Positions 37,039-47,067 of a DNA stretch of 64,000 nucleotides are shown here, piece by piece. Below the pieces are notes generated by a model, which did no database searches, was not told the origin of the DNA, and worked only from the letters and a program-made list of their open reading frames with translations. The stretch comes from Acidobacteriota bacterium (GTDB lineage Bacteria > Acidobacteriota > Blastocatellia > Pyrinomonadales > Pyrinomonadaceae). The translations under genes and the position numbers were made by a program. The DNA lies in assembly GCA_031430435.1 (NCBI GenBank), contig JANPBM010000044.1:8904-72903 (forward strand), written 5' to 3'. Positions within the stretch are counted from its first letter, which is position 1. Each line of letters opens with the position of its first letter.

Positions 37039-37779
37039 CTACTTTTTGCGCGTTGTCTCAGCAGTTTTTATAATAGAAAATTCTTTTGATTTAATACGAA
37101 TAAATTTTGCGAAAGCTATTTCGTGTTCACTTTTGGGTGCAACCAAGCCCAAACACATTTGTACAAAATGCAGTTGATTATCTGAAACAGGTTTCCGTTT
37201 CCCATTCGCCAAGGATTTATAAAATTCAAAGTGTCGTAAAATCAATGCTTGTTCATATTCTGTCAATTCGAGCTTGGGAATCCTGTTATTAAGTTCAAAA
37301 TGTTCAAAAAATTCCCTGCAACTCGGCGGAATTTTTACCTTATTCCGGTTAAGTTCCTCAATTAAATCATTTAGTTTGCCGAATACCTGTTGATTACTCA
37401 GCCGAATCAAGACAATTTCAAGTTTTTTACAATCCTCTGCTTTTTGGCGATCTTTTTCAATTTGTGGCAAAGATTCGTGGTATTTCCCATCTATTTCAAT
37501 CGCCAACCTGTATTTCGGAAAATAAAAATCCAAAATCCATTTGCCGCAAATCGCCCACTCCCGCTTGAACTTACCGACGAAAAACCCATTATCAACGGTA
37601 TTTAGTATTTGCTCGAACTTCCGTTCGGCATTAGTCGGGTTTTCTAATCGTTTCTTTGCAAATTTGTGAGCAGGATCGCTGTTTTTACAAATAAAATCCT
37701 TTGAATTGAAGTGCTTTTCACCAATTATGCCGGAGTATAACAGTCCTCCGAAAAATTGTTTTCTTCTTCTCTTTTTCAT
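37039..37779 (-). CDS. DUF559 (Vsr-like endonuclease fold) domain protein with uncharacterised C-terminal domain
   Basis: PTNAERKFEQIL...WILDFYFPKYRLAIEIDGKYHE...LEIVLIRLSNQQVF matches the DUF559 consensus (T.aE..lw...DF.....l.IE.DG..H). The locus is visibly AT-rich. Confidence 0.5.
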   Translation of the reverse strand: MKKRRRKQFFGGLLYSGIIGEKHFNSKDFICKNSDPAHKFAKKRLENPTNAERKFEQILNTVDNGFFVGKFKREWAICGKWILDFYFPKYRLAIEIDGKYHESLPQIEKDRQKAEDCKKLEIVLIRLSNQQVFGKLNDLIEELNRNKVKIPPSCREFFEHFELNNRIPKLELTEYEQALILRHFEFYKSLANGKRKPVSDNQLHFVQMCLGLVAPKSEHEIAFAKFIRIKSKEFSIIKTAETTRKK

Positions 37780-37859
37780 TTAAATTCATTTCAAGAAAAT
37801 TTTTCGTGCAGATGAGAATTGTGCAAACTTCAAATATTATAAATTGAAAACATATTTTA

Positions 37860-38261
37860 CTATTTCGCCGTTTTCGCCAACTTCACAATCATTTCCTGTC
37901 CTTTATTTTCTTCCAGCGTAAAATCAACCTTATCGCCGACTTTTAAGCCGTCAAGCATCTTTTTATCTTTAACGTAAAACTCCATCAGCATTTTCGGCAT
38001 CATTCCTTTTATTTCCTCGTGGTCAAGTTCGATTGAAACGAGTTCAAGGTTAATTTTTGTTACGATTCCTTTGCTTTCACCGAGCTTAACTTCTTGGTTA
38101 GCTTGGGGTTGCGGTGTTGTTTGAGTCGGCGAAACACTTGGAATCACAGACGGCGAAACACTTGGAGTTTGTTTCGGCGCTTGAACAACTTCAGTCAATT
38201 TCGGTTGCCCGCACGCAATTAAAAATGTCGCAATAAACACAATAAATATAATTTTTTTCAT
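37860..38261 (-). CDS. CusF-like periplasmic Cu(I)/Ag(I)-binding lipoprotein
   Basis: Lipobox FLIACG. The C-terminal domain GIVTKINLELVSIELDHEEIKGMMPKMLMEFYVKDKKMLDGLKVGDKVDFTL resembles CusF (the H...M.M motif). Confidence 0.5.
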   Translation of the reverse strand: MKKIIFIVFIATFLIACGQPKLTEVVQAPKQTPSVSPSVIPSVSPTQTTPQPQANQEVKLGESKGIVTKINLELVSIELDHEEIKGMMPKMLMEFYVKDKKMLDGLKVGDKVDFTLEENKGQEMIVKLAKTAK

Positions 38262-38266
38262 TTTTT

Positions 38267-40129
38267 TTACTTTCTCGCCGCCGGAATAATTTTCAGCGTC
38301 AATTTTTCCGTTCCACGCATAATTACAATTTCATATTCAACATCAGCTTTCAATTCGCCGAGAATAATTGTGTAATCGGAAACATTTCGGACTTCTTTTC
38401 CTGCCAATTTAATAACTTTATCGCCCGCTTTCAAGTCTGCTTTTGCCGCCGGAGAATTATCCCGAACACCTTCCAGTAACAAGCCGTCGTTCGCCTCACC
38501 GTAACTCGGCACCACGCCCAAACTTACTTTAAAAGTTCCGCGTCCTTGTGTTCCCGAACTTTTTGCAACTGTGTAAATCGGATGTTTCGGGTTCGCGTCA
38601 ATAGCTTTTGCAATTTCGTAAATGTATGACAGTACTCGACTTAAGCCGTCAAAATTTATTTTATCAACGGTGTCCGAAGGCTTGTGATAGTCTTCGTGCG
38701 AACCTGTAAAGAAAAATAACACGGGAATTTGTTTGCCGTAAAACGATGAATGATCGCTTGGTCCGAAACCGTCTTCGCTGAGTTGCAAATTGAAAAGACT
38801 TGCCGCAGATATTACAGTTTCGCCTGTTTTATTTTTACCTTCAACCAAATCTTTCCATTCCGTTGCCGTGCCGATTCCGCCGACGGTTAATTTGCCGTCG
38901 CGAAGTCGCCCGATCATATCCATATTTATCATCGCAACTGTTTTATCCAAAGGAAATACTGGATTGTTGACATAAAACTTCGAGCCGATCAAACCTTCTT
39001 CTTCGCCGCTGAACGCGATAAAAATCAACGTTCGTTTATTACTTTTGGTTTGCGAAAATTGTCGCGCGAGTTCGATGACGGCGGAAATTCCTGAAGCGTT
39101 ATCGTCTGCTCCGTGATGAACTTCGGTCGAATTCGGAGCAAGGCTTCCCGCATGTCCGCCTTTGCCGAGATGGTCGTAATGTCCGCCGATGACGATTGCT
39201 TCGTTCTTTAAAATCGGGTCTGTTCCTTCCAATACGCCGATGATGTTATACGCTTCTGCTGTTTTTTTGACGAGATTTACTTTAAAACTGACGATATTTT
39301 TGGTCGGAATCGAAACATTTACCTTTACTGTCGGGTCTTTTTTCATTGACTGAAAAACTTCGAGTTGTTTGAGTTTTTCTTCGTCGCCGCCGAGCATATT
39401 TGCGGCTGTGTTGCGTGAAACAACGATCGCGGGAATAGCGGACTCGCCCAAAGTTTGATCGTATTTGAGCGAAGCGAGCCGGTCGTTTTCAAACTTTTCT
39501 TCGGACGAAATTATCAATAAACCTTTCGCGCCTTTGTCTTTGGCGAGTTTTGCCTTTAGACGAACATCGGCAAAACGCAAAAACGGCGAGTTTGGATTTC
39601 CGTTTTCGGGCGTTCCGTCAAAGACGATGACAACTTTGTCTTTTACATCTAAATTGTTGTAATCGTTGTATTTAAGCTCGTCCGACACAATCCCGAAACC
39701 CGCGAAAACAACTTCTGAATCGGTAACTTCGCCGTTCATTGAAAATCCAACGGGTTTGACAGGCAAAAGATTTTCAAACTTAAGGTGTGAACCGTCCGCT
39801 TTCGTTAAATCGAGTTTGAAGTCGTTGCCCGTCGCACCGACTTCAACGCTTGCGATAAACGGAAAAGGTTGTAAATAGTTGCGACTTTTTCCTTTTACAA
39901 AACCTGCTTTTAACTTTAACTGCGAAAAGCTGTTAGCGACATAGCCCGCCGCATAAACCGCGCCTTTTTCGCCCGTATTTCTGCCTTCCAATTTGTCGGA
40001 CGAAAGATAGGTAATGTGTTTTTTCAGCCGTTCAAGTGTTAAATCCGGCTTTGCTTTCGCCGCTTTTTGAGCCGAAACACCGCACGCCGTCGCGACAATA
40101 AAAATAATGGTAAATAATTGCTTTTTCAT
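38267..40129 (-). CDS. M28 family zinc peptidase with PA domain and C-terminal PDZ domain, secreted
   Basis: Signal peptide. HYDHLG...HGADDNASGISAV (M28 zinc ligands), EEEGLIGS, and a C-terminal PDZ segment GLLLEGVRDNSPAAKADLKAGDKVIKLAGKEV. Confidence 0.75.
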   Translation of the reverse strand: MKKQLFTIIFIVATACGVSAQKAAKAKPDLTLERLKKHITYLSSDKLEGRNTGEKGAVYAAGYVANSFSQLKLKAGFVKGKSRNYLQPFPFIASVEVGATGNDFKLDLTKADGSHLKFENLLPVKPVGFSMNGEVTDSEVVFAGFGIVSDELKYNDYNNLDVKDKVVIVFDGTPENGNPNSPFLRFADVRLKAKLAKDKGAKGLLIISSEEKFENDRLASLKYDQTLGESAIPAIVVSRNTAANMLGGDEEKLKQLEVFQSMKKDPTVKVNVSIPTKNIVSFKVNLVKKTAEAYNIIGVLEGTDPILKNEAIVIGGHYDHLGKGGHAGSLAPNSTEVHHGADDNASGISAVIELARQFSQTKSNKRTLIFIAFSGEEEGLIGSKFYVNNPVFPLDKTVAMINMDMIGRLRDGKLTVGGIGTATEWKDLVEGKNKTGETVISAASLFNLQLSEDGFGPSDHSSFYGKQIPVLFFFTGSHEDYHKPSDTVDKINFDGLSRVLSYIYEIAKAIDANPKHPIYTVAKSSGTQGRGTFKVSLGVVPSYGEANDGLLLEGVRDNSPAAKADLKAGDKVIKLAGKEVRNVSDYTIILGELKADVEYEIVIMRGTEKLTLKIIPAARK

Positions 40130-40275
40130 ATCGATTGATTTCCGGATAAATTCGGTTTAGCTAAATACTTGCAAAATCTGATAGAATTGCAAAACAGTCG
40201 CTTACAGCCGGTTTATGAGTTAAATTGTAGCAGAATTGGCTGAAATTATTAAAATTCCAAACATAATCGAATAAA

Positions 40276-42093
40276 ATGAAACCGCAAAAAGAAACAGAAA
40301 CCTTTGAACCGCACGAAGAACCGCAAGCCGCAATCGGCAGTCCGCAATTTTTAATCGGCAGCGTTATTGTTACGGCAATCGCCGCGTTTTTGCGGTTTTT
40401 TCTGCTTGAATTAAAACCGCTGCATCACGATGAGGGCGTGAACGGATATTTTTTGCTTGAACTGTTTCGCAAAGGAATTTATCACTACGATCCGAGCAAT
40501 TATCACGGTCCGACGCTTTATTTCGACACCTTGGTTTTTACCAAATTATTCGGGCTGGAAACATTTTCGATTAGAGCAAGCGTCGCGGTTTTCGGAGTTT
40601 TGCTGGTAATTTTGACGTTGTTTTTACGCAAATATATCGGTACCGTCGGAAGTTTGACAGCCGCTTTGTTACTTGCTCTTTCGCCGGGAATGGTTTTTAT
40701 TTCACGCTATTTCATTCACGAAATGTTGTTTGTTTTCTTTAGTTTAGCGATTGTAGCAGGTATTCTTTTTTTCATCGAAGGAAAACCCGCCGGCACTTTT
40801 GCAACCGTGGCAATGTCGTTTTTATTGTTGACTTGCTTTGTTGTGTTGCCGTTCGGCTTGGTTGATTTATTTGGTAGTTCAAATGTTTATTTGCGGATGA
40901 TTTTCTTTTTAATCGAAGGCGTTTTGGTCTTCTTTTTAATGAAAATATTGTTGGCGTGGAACGAAGGCAGAGCAACTTATTTAATTTTAGCATCAGCCTC
41001 TGCCGCGTTGTTTTTCGGCACAAAAGAAACGGCTTTTATTACTGTCGGAACAATGATAATCGCTTGCGGTTGTGTGGTTGTATGGCAAAAACTTTATCGC
41101 GCCGTCATCGGTGAAATTACCGAAACTTGGCGTGAACCGATTGACTTAACGTGGTCGAATTTCCGCTTGCGATTGGGTGAAAATAACGATTTCGGGCTGA
41201 TGGTGATGCTGATTATTGCGACATTTATTTATGTCGGCGTGCTGTTTTTCTCGTCGTTTTTTACCTACGGCGAAGGTGTCGGCAAAGCCTTTGAAGCCTA
41301 TTCTTTTTGGACCAAAACCGGCATCACAGACCACGCTTACAGCTACACGAAATACATCGTTTGGCTCGCAAAAATCGAATCGCCGATTTTGGTTTTGTCG
41401 GTAATCGGCGGAATAATCGCGCTTGTCGGCGCCAGACATCGGTTTGCGATTTTTACCGCATTTTGGGCGTTCGGTTTAGCGGCGGCATATTCGATTATTC
41501 CGTATAAAACTCCGTGGTTGGCATTAAGTTTCACGTTGCCGATGTGCATAATCGCCGGTTACGGAATCAACGAACTGATTGAAAATAAACACGTTATCGT
41601 AAAATTGGCGGGCGGTTTTCTGTTGGCTGCGGCAGTTGGCGGATTAAGCTATCAAACTTACGATTTGAATTTTCTGCGTTACGACGACGAGCAAATGCCA
41701 TACGTTTACGCCCACACAAAACGCGGTTTTCACGAACTGATTGCGAAAATCGAACATTTCGCCGATAAAAGCGGTAAGAAAAAAGACGTTTCGGTTGAGG
41801 TAATTTCGGACGAATACTGGTCAATGCCGTGGTATATGCGGGAATATCCGAAAGCCGTTTTTCACGGACAATTTATTGATTCCAGCACCTCTGAAATGAT
41901 TGTTGCCTCAGAGCAAAAGCAAGCCGGCGAACTGTTGGAAAAATACGGTCAGCATTACAAATACGTCGGCACTTATCCGTTGCGTCCGGGCGTTGATTTA
42001 ATTTTGTTGGTTCGGCGAGATTTAGCCGAGACAACCGACAAAGAACTTTATCAAATGTATGAAGATATTGAGCCGGTAATTGTAAAACCGTAG
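40276..42093 (+). CDS. Glycosyltransferase family 39-like (PMT/ArnT-type) integral membrane protein
   Basis: About 12 TM helices. The first extracytoplasmic loop has the HHDEGVNGYF (DE motif) typical of GT-C / PMT_2 family proteins. Confidence 0.55.
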   Translation: MKPQKETETFEPHEEPQAAIGSPQFLIGSVIVTAIAAFLRFFLLELKPLHHDEGVNGYFLLELFRKGIYHYDPSNYHGPTLYFDTLVFTKLFGLETFSIRASVAVFGVLLVILTLFLRKYIGTVGSLTAALLLALSPGMVFISRYFIHEMLFVFFSLAIVAGILFFIEGKPAGTFATVAMSFLLLTCFVVLPFGLVDLFGSSNVYLRMIFFLIEGVLVFFLMKILLAWNEGRATYLILASASAALFFGTKETAFITVGTMIIACGCVVVWQKLYRAVIGEITETWREPIDLTWSNFRLRLGENNDFGLMVMLIIATFIYVGVLFFSSFFTYGEGVGKAFEAYSFWTKTGITDHAYSYTKYIVWLAKIESPILVLSVIGGIIALVGARHRFAIFTAFWAFGLAAAYSIIPYKTPWLALSFTLPMCIIAGYGINELIENKHVIVKLAGGFLLAAAVGGLSYQTYDLNFLRYDDEQMPYVYAHTKRGFHELIAKIEHFADKSGKKKDVSVEVISDEYWSMPWYMREYPKAVFHGQFIDSSTSEMIVASEQKQAGELLEKYGQHYKYVGTYPLRPGVDLILLVRRDLAETTDKELYQMYEDIEPVIVKP

Positions 42094-42181
42094 AAAAAGG
42101 CAAACGTAAAAAGTAACGAGTCGAATTATTACTTTAGTCCTTCGACGGCGACTTTTCACTTTTCGTTTTTAACTTTAAATT

Positions 42182-43090
42182 ATGTCGCAAAGAAGATTTT
42201 ACGCACTCGGCACAGCCAGCCAAGTTCCGACGCGAGACCGCAATCACAACGGCTATTTTCTGCGTTTTGACGCGGAAGGCTTGCTGTTTGATCCCGGCGA
42301 AGGAACGCAACGGCAGATGATTTTCGCCGATGTTTCCGCCACGCAAATCACCAAAATTTTTATCACGCATTTTCACGGTGATCACTGTCTTGGTTTAGCC
42401 GGAATTTTGCAGCGTCTTTCGCTCGACAGAGTTCTGCATACGGTTCAGCTTTTTTATCCGAAAAGCGGACAGCAGTTTATCGAAAACCTGAAAAATGCCT
42501 CGATTTTTCATAATGTCGCGACGATTGAAGATCATCCGATTGACGAAGAAGGCGTAATTTTTGAGACGGAAACTTATTATATCGAAACGCGGAAACTAAG
42601 CCACACGGTTGAATGTTGGGGTTACAGATTTGTGGAAAAAGACACGTTTACGATGTTGCCCGAAAAACTCGATAATTTTGGCGTGAAAGGTAAAAGTATC
42701 GCTAAACTGAAAAAAGAAGGTTCGCTTGAAATTGACGGAAAAATAATCAAAGTTGGAGATTGCGGCGTGTTTAAAAAAGGACAAACCTTTGCGTTTATTA
42801 TGGATACGCGGTCGTGCCAAAATGCGTTTGCGTTGGCAAAAGATGTTGATTTGCTCGTTTGTGAATCAACTTATCTGAAAACCGAAACCAAAGAAGCCGA
42901 CGCTCACGGACATCTAACGGCAGAAAAAGCCGCCAAAATCGCTAAAAACTCCGGTGCAAAACTACTTGCATTAACACATTTTTCGCAACGCTATCTGCAC
43001 ATCAAAGATTTTTTGAAAGAGGCAAAAAAGGTTCACGAAAATTCGATTGCGATGAAAGACGGCGATTTTGTTGATATTGAACGTTTCTGA
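42182..43090 (+). CDS. rnz: Ribonuclease Z (tRNA 3' endonuclease, MBL fold)
   Basis: FITHFHGDHCLGLAGIL (the HxHxDH motif) and the overall RNase Z layout. 302 aa. Confidence 0.85.
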   Translation: MSQRRFYALGTASQVPTRDRNHNGYFLRFDAEGLLFDPGEGTQRQMIFADVSATQITKIFITHFHGDHCLGLAGILQRLSLDRVLHTVQLFYPKSGQQFIENLKNASIFHNVATIEDHPIDEEGVIFETETYYIETRKLSHTVECWGYRFVEKDTFTMLPEKLDNFGVKGKSIAKLKKEGSLEIDGKIIKVGDCGVFKKGQTFAFIMDTRSCQNAFALAKDVDLLVCESTYLKTETKEADAHGHLTAEKAAKIAKNSGAKLLALTHFSQRYLHIKDFLKEAKKVHENSIAMKDGDFVDIERF

Positions 43091-43103
43091 AAAACACTTG
43101 TAT

Positions 43104-43179
43104 CGCAAAGAACGCGAAGGTTTCGCAAAGGGAGGCAAAGTTATAATAAATCCTTTAAATTCTTTGCGTACCTTTGCGT
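43104..43179. repeat. CGCAAAG direct copies (x2-3) followed by CTTTGCG inverted copies (x2): dispersed palindromic repeat element, copy A
   Basis: CGCAAAG at 43104-10 and 43124-30, GGCAAAG at 43134-40, and CTTTGCG at 43162-68 and 43173-79. The element lies between convergent rnz and pgi. Confidence 0.6.
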
Positions 43180-43192
43180 TACAACTCTTTAT

Positions 43193-44866
43193 TTACAACA
43201 ACATAGATAAAATCGTATTCAAACCTTCGCTCACGTTTTCTCCCAAATGTACGCGTAACGCACGGCGTTTCCGGTCGCACAAAACTTGGAAATCTCCGCG
43301 AGCTTGGGCAGCTTTGACAACGCCGAAAGTGTATTTTTGGTCGGGAACTTTGATGTCGAACGCGTCGTCTGACGTAATTTGCAAAAATACGCCGTTGTTT
43401 GCTCCGCCTTTGTAACCTTGTCCGGTTGAATGCAAAAATCGCGGTCCAAAGCCGAGACAAGTTGCCGCACCTTCAGCGTCCAAAATCGCGTGCCGAAGTT
43501 CTTGCAATAAATTTTCGTGTTCAGCGTTCATTTCAATATAGGCGAGCAACGCAAAATAATCGTTTTCGTAAATCCGCTCAAAATGTGCCATCAAATAGTT
43601 TATCAAACTTTTTTCTTCGATCAACGAATCAAGTTCGGCAACATTGGCTTCATCGGAAAATAATTTGATGCCGTTTTCCTCGTAAAAAGGAGTTTCTGCG
43701 GGTAAACTTCCCGTTTCTTCGTAGGCGTTGGTAAGTTCTTTCGCCTCGATTTTAGCCGATTCGACATCTAGCTGATTAAACGGATTGATGTTCATAATCG
43801 AACCTGCCACGGCGGTCGCAAATTCCCAACGGAAAAACTCTTGTCCGAGATTTTCTTTACTTGCAAGTTCAATGCGAACAACAGGTTGCGAGTTTTTCTC
43901 CAACTCTTCAATAACATAATTTTCCGCCGAATCTTTCAATTTCAGATAGACAAAAACGCGGTCGTCGCCGTAATCGCCTTGAATCAATTCGCGGTCAATC
44001 GGAATAATCGAAACATCGTTTTTGCCCGTACTTTCGGCAATAAGTTGTTCGAGCCACGCACCGACATCGTAAATTTCGTGCGAAGTAAAAATCGTCAATT
44101 TATCGCGTCCCGCTTTTTGTGCGATACCAAGAATTGTTCCTAAAATTACCGCCGGATTTTCTGTCGGAACATTCGATTTCACGGATTGAACCATCTCGTT
44201 TGCGTTCGTCAAAAACGTTTCAAAATCTAATTGCATCGAAGCCATTGCGGCGATTCCAAACGGCGAAAGTGCGGAAAATCTGCCGCCGATTTCGGGATTT
44301 CCGAGGAAGATTTTGCGGAAATTATCGCGTTCGGCAACCGCTTGCATTTTAGAATTCGGATCGGTAATTGCGACAAATTGTTTGCCCGCATTTTCGCGTC
44401 CGACGGTTTCGGCAACTCGTTCGTAAAAGTATTGTTTAAAGCAATTCGGCTCAAGCGTCGAACCCGATTTTGAGGCGACAATGAATAAGGTTTTTGCTAA
44501 ATCGATTTTGTCTTCAATTGTTTTCACCTGTGCGGGAACGGTTGAATCTAAGATGTGAAAATTCTCAACGCCAAAGGTAATTGCCAAAACTTCGGGACAC
44601 AGCGAACTTCCGCCCATTCCGAGCAAAACTATTGATTCAAAAGACTTTACGTCATCGGCAAAATCACGGTATTTTTGCAAATCGTTTAATTCAACGTCAA
44701 CCGAATCAAGCCAACCGAGCCGGTTTGCTTCGTCTGTGTTTGTCCAAACACTTGCGTCTTTCGACCAAATGCGGGAAATTTTGTCCGTCGTTTTCCAATC
44801 TTCAAGTGATTCTGCGACCGCGTTTGCCAAGTCTTCGGGTAATGAATAAGTTAGTGAATTCAACAT
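43193..44866 (-). CDS. pgi: Glucose-6-phosphate isomerase (transaldolase-PGI type PGI domain)
   Basis: LGMGGSSLCPEV, the SIS domain layout, and a C-terminal region with GFGPRFLHSTGQ. 557 aa. Confidence 0.8.
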   Translation of the reverse strand: MLNSLTYSLPEDLANAVAESLEDWKTTDKISRIWSKDASVWTNTDEANRLGWLDSVDVELNDLQKYRDFADDVKSFESIVLLGMGGSSLCPEVLAITFGVENFHILDSTVPAQVKTIEDKIDLAKTLFIVASKSGSTLEPNCFKQYFYERVAETVGRENAGKQFVAITDPNSKMQAVAERDNFRKIFLGNPEIGGRFSALSPFGIAAMASMQLDFETFLTNANEMVQSVKSNVPTENPAVILGTILGIAQKAGRDKLTIFTSHEIYDVGAWLEQLIAESTGKNDVSIIPIDRELIQGDYGDDRVFVYLKLKDSAENYVIEELEKNSQPVVRIELASKENLGQEFFRWEFATAVAGSIMNINPFNQLDVESAKIEAKELTNAYEETGSLPAETPFYEENGIKLFSDEANVAELDSLIEEKSLINYLMAHFERIYENDYFALLAYIEMNAEHENLLQELRHAILDAEGAATCLGFGPRFLHSTGQGYKGGANNGVFLQITSDDAFDIKVPDQKYTFGVVKAAQARGDFQVLCDRKRRALRVHLGENVSEGLNTILSMLL

Positions 44867-44996
44867 AATTTTCAGTTTACCATATTAGCAATTTGAGCAA
44901 ATCGGTCAAACGAAATTTTGTTGGCAACCTGCGGTGATTTTTTCGCATCAGACGAATGTCTCTTCCCGAAACGCAAGTAAATTTAGGAGTAGAATT

Positions 44997-45326
44997 ATGA
45001 AAAAATTTTTGGCAGGAATGCTAGTCTTATTCGTCTTGGCGATTACAGTTCCAATAACTGCGAACGCTCAAAAATGTTACAAACCGCGACAACGAAATTA
45101 CGTTAATTACAACGACAACTATCGTAGCGGGAATAATCGTAATTACAGACAGCGAAGTTTTTACAAACGTCATCAAGACAAAATTAACATTGGTGCCGGC
45201 GGCGGTGCCGGAGCGTTAATCGGCGCAGTTTTGGGCGGTAAAAAAGGCGCGGTCATCGGTGCGTTAATCGGTGGCGGAAGCGCGGCGGTTTACACTTATA
45301 AAATCAGAAAAAACCGTAACCGGTAA
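44997..45326 (+). CDS. Glycine-zipper (YMGG-like) small secreted/membrane protein
   Basis: The RBS AGGAG precedes the ATG at 44997. Signal peptide MKKFLAGMLVLFVLAITVPITANA. C-terminal GAGGGAGALIGAVLGGKKGAVIGALIGGGSAAV glycine zipper. Confidence 0.5.
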   Translation: MKKFLAGMLVLFVLAITVPITANAQKCYKPRQRNYVNYNDNYRSGNNRNYRQRSFYKRHQDKINIGAGGGAGALIGAVLGGKKGAVIGALIGGGSAAVYTYKIRKNRNR

Positions 45327-45339
45327 GGTAAAGGTTGTG

Positions 45340-45376
45340 AAAAAAGCGGTATCGATTATTCGGTACCGCTTTTTTA
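45340..45376. terminator. Bidirectional intrinsic terminator (A6-GCGGTA-loop-TACCGC-T6) between convergent genes
   Basis: Perfect 6-bp GC-rich stem (45346-45351/45364-45369) flanked by A6 and T6. Confidence 0.7.
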
Positions 45377-46522
45377 TTGCAACCTTAAATTTTCCGACGG
45401 TTTGATTTTGGCGGCTTTCCACGCCGGGAAAATTGTTGCTGAAATACTGATTAAAAACGCGATTACAACAACCGGTAAAACCTCTGAAACAGTTGGGTTT
45501 AACGAGACTGAGGCGAGTGAATAAACTTCGGTGTTCAGACTGATCAGCTTAAAATAGTTTGATAAAAAGCACGAACTTAAGCCCAAAATTACCCCGAAAG
45601 TTATCCCGATTAAACCGAGAAACACGCCTTCGAGCAGAAAAATCAGCATCAAACTTTTTGTTTTCGCCCCGCACGTTCGCAATATCGCAATGTCGAGTCG
45701 GCGTTCGTTGACCAGTAACGCCAACGTAGTGGTGATGTTCAAACTTGCGACCAACGTTATCAACAAAATTACCGCGAAAGTTACTTTTTTTTCCAAACTC
45801 AAGGCGGCAAAAAGTGGTTGATTCGCTTCTTGCCAATCAATAATTTTATACTCGTCGGACAAACTTTTACGCAACTTTTCGCCTGCTTGCTTAACCGCGT
45901 GAATGTCTGTGAGTGTTATATTTAACATTGTCGGAAAGCAGATTTCGCGTTCTTTTAATTTAGCCGTGTCAGCAAAAGAAAGATAAATCCAAGTCGAATC
46001 GTATTCGTAAAGTCCGGTGCGGAAAATATTCGCAATTTTAACTCGCGAAGTTTTCCGCGAAGTCAATAAAATATCGGCTTCATCTCCAATCTTTAAATTC
46101 ATTTTGGCGGCAAGTTCCGCTCCGATTTCAACATTGATTTCATCGGAACTTTGAACTTTTATTTTTGAACTTTGAATTGCCCGCAAAACTGCGTAGTTCG
46201 TATAAACGTCGGTAATTATCAACGAATTTTCGTAAGTTGTGCCGGTAATTTCTTTGACGTTTTCAATGTTTTCGAGCTTATTTCGGAGTTGTAAATAATC
46301 GCTCATTTCGTTTCCGTCTTGTCTGAAAACGGCTATATGCGCGGTGTTTTGCAAAATTTTATCTTGCATTTCGGTTTGAAAACCTTGTGCCAAAGATTGT
46401 GCGATTATCAACGCGGCAACTCCGCACGCCATTCCGATTATCGCCGCGAACGAAGTAAATCGCGCCAAAGATTTTCGCTTTGCGCGAAAGTATTTCCAAG
46501 CTGATTTCAATTCAAACTTCAT
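45374..46522 (-). CDS. FtsX-like ABC transporter permease (LolC/LolE/MacB-type)
   Basis: N-terminus MKFELKSAWKYFRAKRKSLARFTSFAAIIG, a large periplasmic loop, and three C-terminal TM helices. The probable start is the ATG at 46522. No ATPase gene is adjacent. Confidence 0.7.
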   Translation of the reverse strand: MKFELKSAWKYFRAKRKSLARFTSFAAIIGMACGVAALIIAQSLAQGFQTEMQDKILQNTAHIAVFRQDGNEMSDYLQLRNKLENIENVKEITGTTYENSLIITDVYTNYAVLRAIQSSKIKVQSSDEINVEIGAELAAKMNLKIGDEADILLTSRKTSRVKIANIFRTGLYEYDSTWIYLSFADTAKLKEREICFPTMLNITLTDIHAVKQAGEKLRKSLSDEYKIIDWQEANQPLFAALSLEKKVTFAVILLITLVASLNITTTLALLVNERRLDIAILRTCGAKTKSLMLIFLLEGVFLGLIGITFGVILGLSSCFLSNYFKLISLNTEVYSLASVSLNPTVSEVLPVVVIAFLISISATIFPAWKAAKIKPSENLRLQ

Positions 46523-46539
46523 CGGAAACTTTCGGGTTT

Positions 46540-47067
46540 TCACTTTGCCGGGCTTCGACTGCGGGTAAATTCGGCTTTCGTAACGGCGTAAAAAAAGCAT
46601 TCCATTTCGTAGTGTTTTTCAACTTTCTCGCGTTTCATTCCGAGCTTTTCCATAATTCGCCATGAACCTGTATTGGCAGGCGAAGCAACGGCGACGATTC
46701 TTTCTAAATCGGCAACATTAAACCCGTAATTGAGCCAAGCGGTTGCCGTTTCAAAACCGATTCCGCGTTTCCAAAACGGCTGAATCATTCCGTAACCGAC
46801 TTCAATTTCTGACGTTTCGCCCAACGGTTGAAGCCCGCTCCAGCCGATCATTTCGCCGGTTTCTTTCCAAATCATCGCGTTCATTCCAAAGCCGTATTTT
46901 TCGTAACAATCGATATAAAAATCAAGCCGTTTCGTGATTGCTTCGGGGTTTTGCAAAATTCGTCCGCCGAGATATTCGATAACCTCGTCTTCGGAACGTA
47001 ATTCGATCAGTTTTTCTAAATCATCGTGTGTAAATTCGCGGTGAATCAATCTTTCAGTTTCGAGCAT
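46540..47067 (-). CDS. GNAT family N-acetyltransferase (RimJ/RimL-like), tandem paralog 1
   Basis: MLETERLIHREF..., a GNAT core (...KRGIGFETATAWLNYGF), and the conserved M.KLGM motif. The start is chosen by homology with its paralog. Confidence 0.6.
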   Translation of the reverse strand: MLETERLIHREFTHDDLEKLIELRSEDEVIEYLGGRILQNPEAITKRLDFYIDCYEKYGFGMNAMIWKETGEMIGWSGLQPLGETSEIEVGYGMIQPFWKRGIGFETATAWLNYGFNVADLERIVAVASPANTGSWRIMEKLGMKREKVEKHYEMECFFYAVTKAEFTRSRSPAK

